Below are positions 14,962-15,045 of a DNA stretch of 15,045 nt, one piece after another (positions within the stretch are counted from its first letter, which is position 1; every line of letters begins with the position of its first letter). Position numbers and translations under genes: made by a program. The stretch comes from Candidatus Velthaea sp. (GTDB taxonomy: Bacteria > Vulcanimicrobiota > Vulcanimicrobiia > Vulcanimicrobiales > Vulcanimicrobiaceae): positions 1-15,045 of the forward strand of contig CBDCCS010000012.1 in assembly GCA_965214935.1 (NCBI GenBank), in the 5' to 3' direction. The notes below the pieces were generated by a model. It worked only from the letters and a program-made list of their open reading frames with translations. It was not told the DNA's origin and searched no databases.

Positions 14962-15045
14962 CGCGAAACGCCGGCACCGCGGATGCTCGATACGGCTTGC
15001 CGCACGGTAAGCGCCCGATACACCTCGAACGTCTCGGCGGCCACT
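14958..15045 (-). CDS. 3' end of a probable GT4-family glycosyltransferase (partial)
   Basis: Own translation: ...VAAETFEVYRALTVRQAVSSIRGAGVSR*. The VAxxTxxVY helix is typical of GT4 C-termini, and the stop overlaps the GT9 start (ATGA). Confidence 0.5.
   Translation of the reverse strand, partial: VAAETFEVYRALTVRQAVSSIRGAGVSR

Overview
GC-rich bacterial chromosomal window with about 16 complete and 2 partial genes. I saw no mobile element, CRISPR array, rRNA or tRNA. Left part (+ strand): an exported hypothetical protein; an ECF sigma factor translationally coupled to a soluble protein that fuses a zinc anti-sigma (ZAS/zf-HC2) domain to an O6-alkylguanine-DNA alkyltransferase (Ogt/MGMT) domain; a 300-nt structured intergenic region with two strong Shine-Dalgarno-like motifs and an intrinsic terminator; a PHP-family hydrolase with a long acidic linker and a histone H1-like K/A/P tail; an orphan family-5 ABC substrate-binding lipoprotein; and a pyrE-like phosphoribosyltransferase. 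Middle: an MBL-fold hydrolase and bcp (-), then a small methyltransferase-like gene (+). Right part (- strand, tightly packed): GT4 (partial), GT9, an M14-type zinc peptidase broken by a 1-nt frameshift in a T6 run, ETF-quinone oxidoreductase, thiO, thiS, thiG and a rhodanese. The best candidate for an undescribed system is the ECF sigma / ZAS-Ogt pair, which could be an alkylation-sensing switch analogous to Ada but built from sigma/anti-sigma parts. The candidate small RNA or small ORF directly behind it is second. All family calls come from motif recognition by eye; no searches were run.
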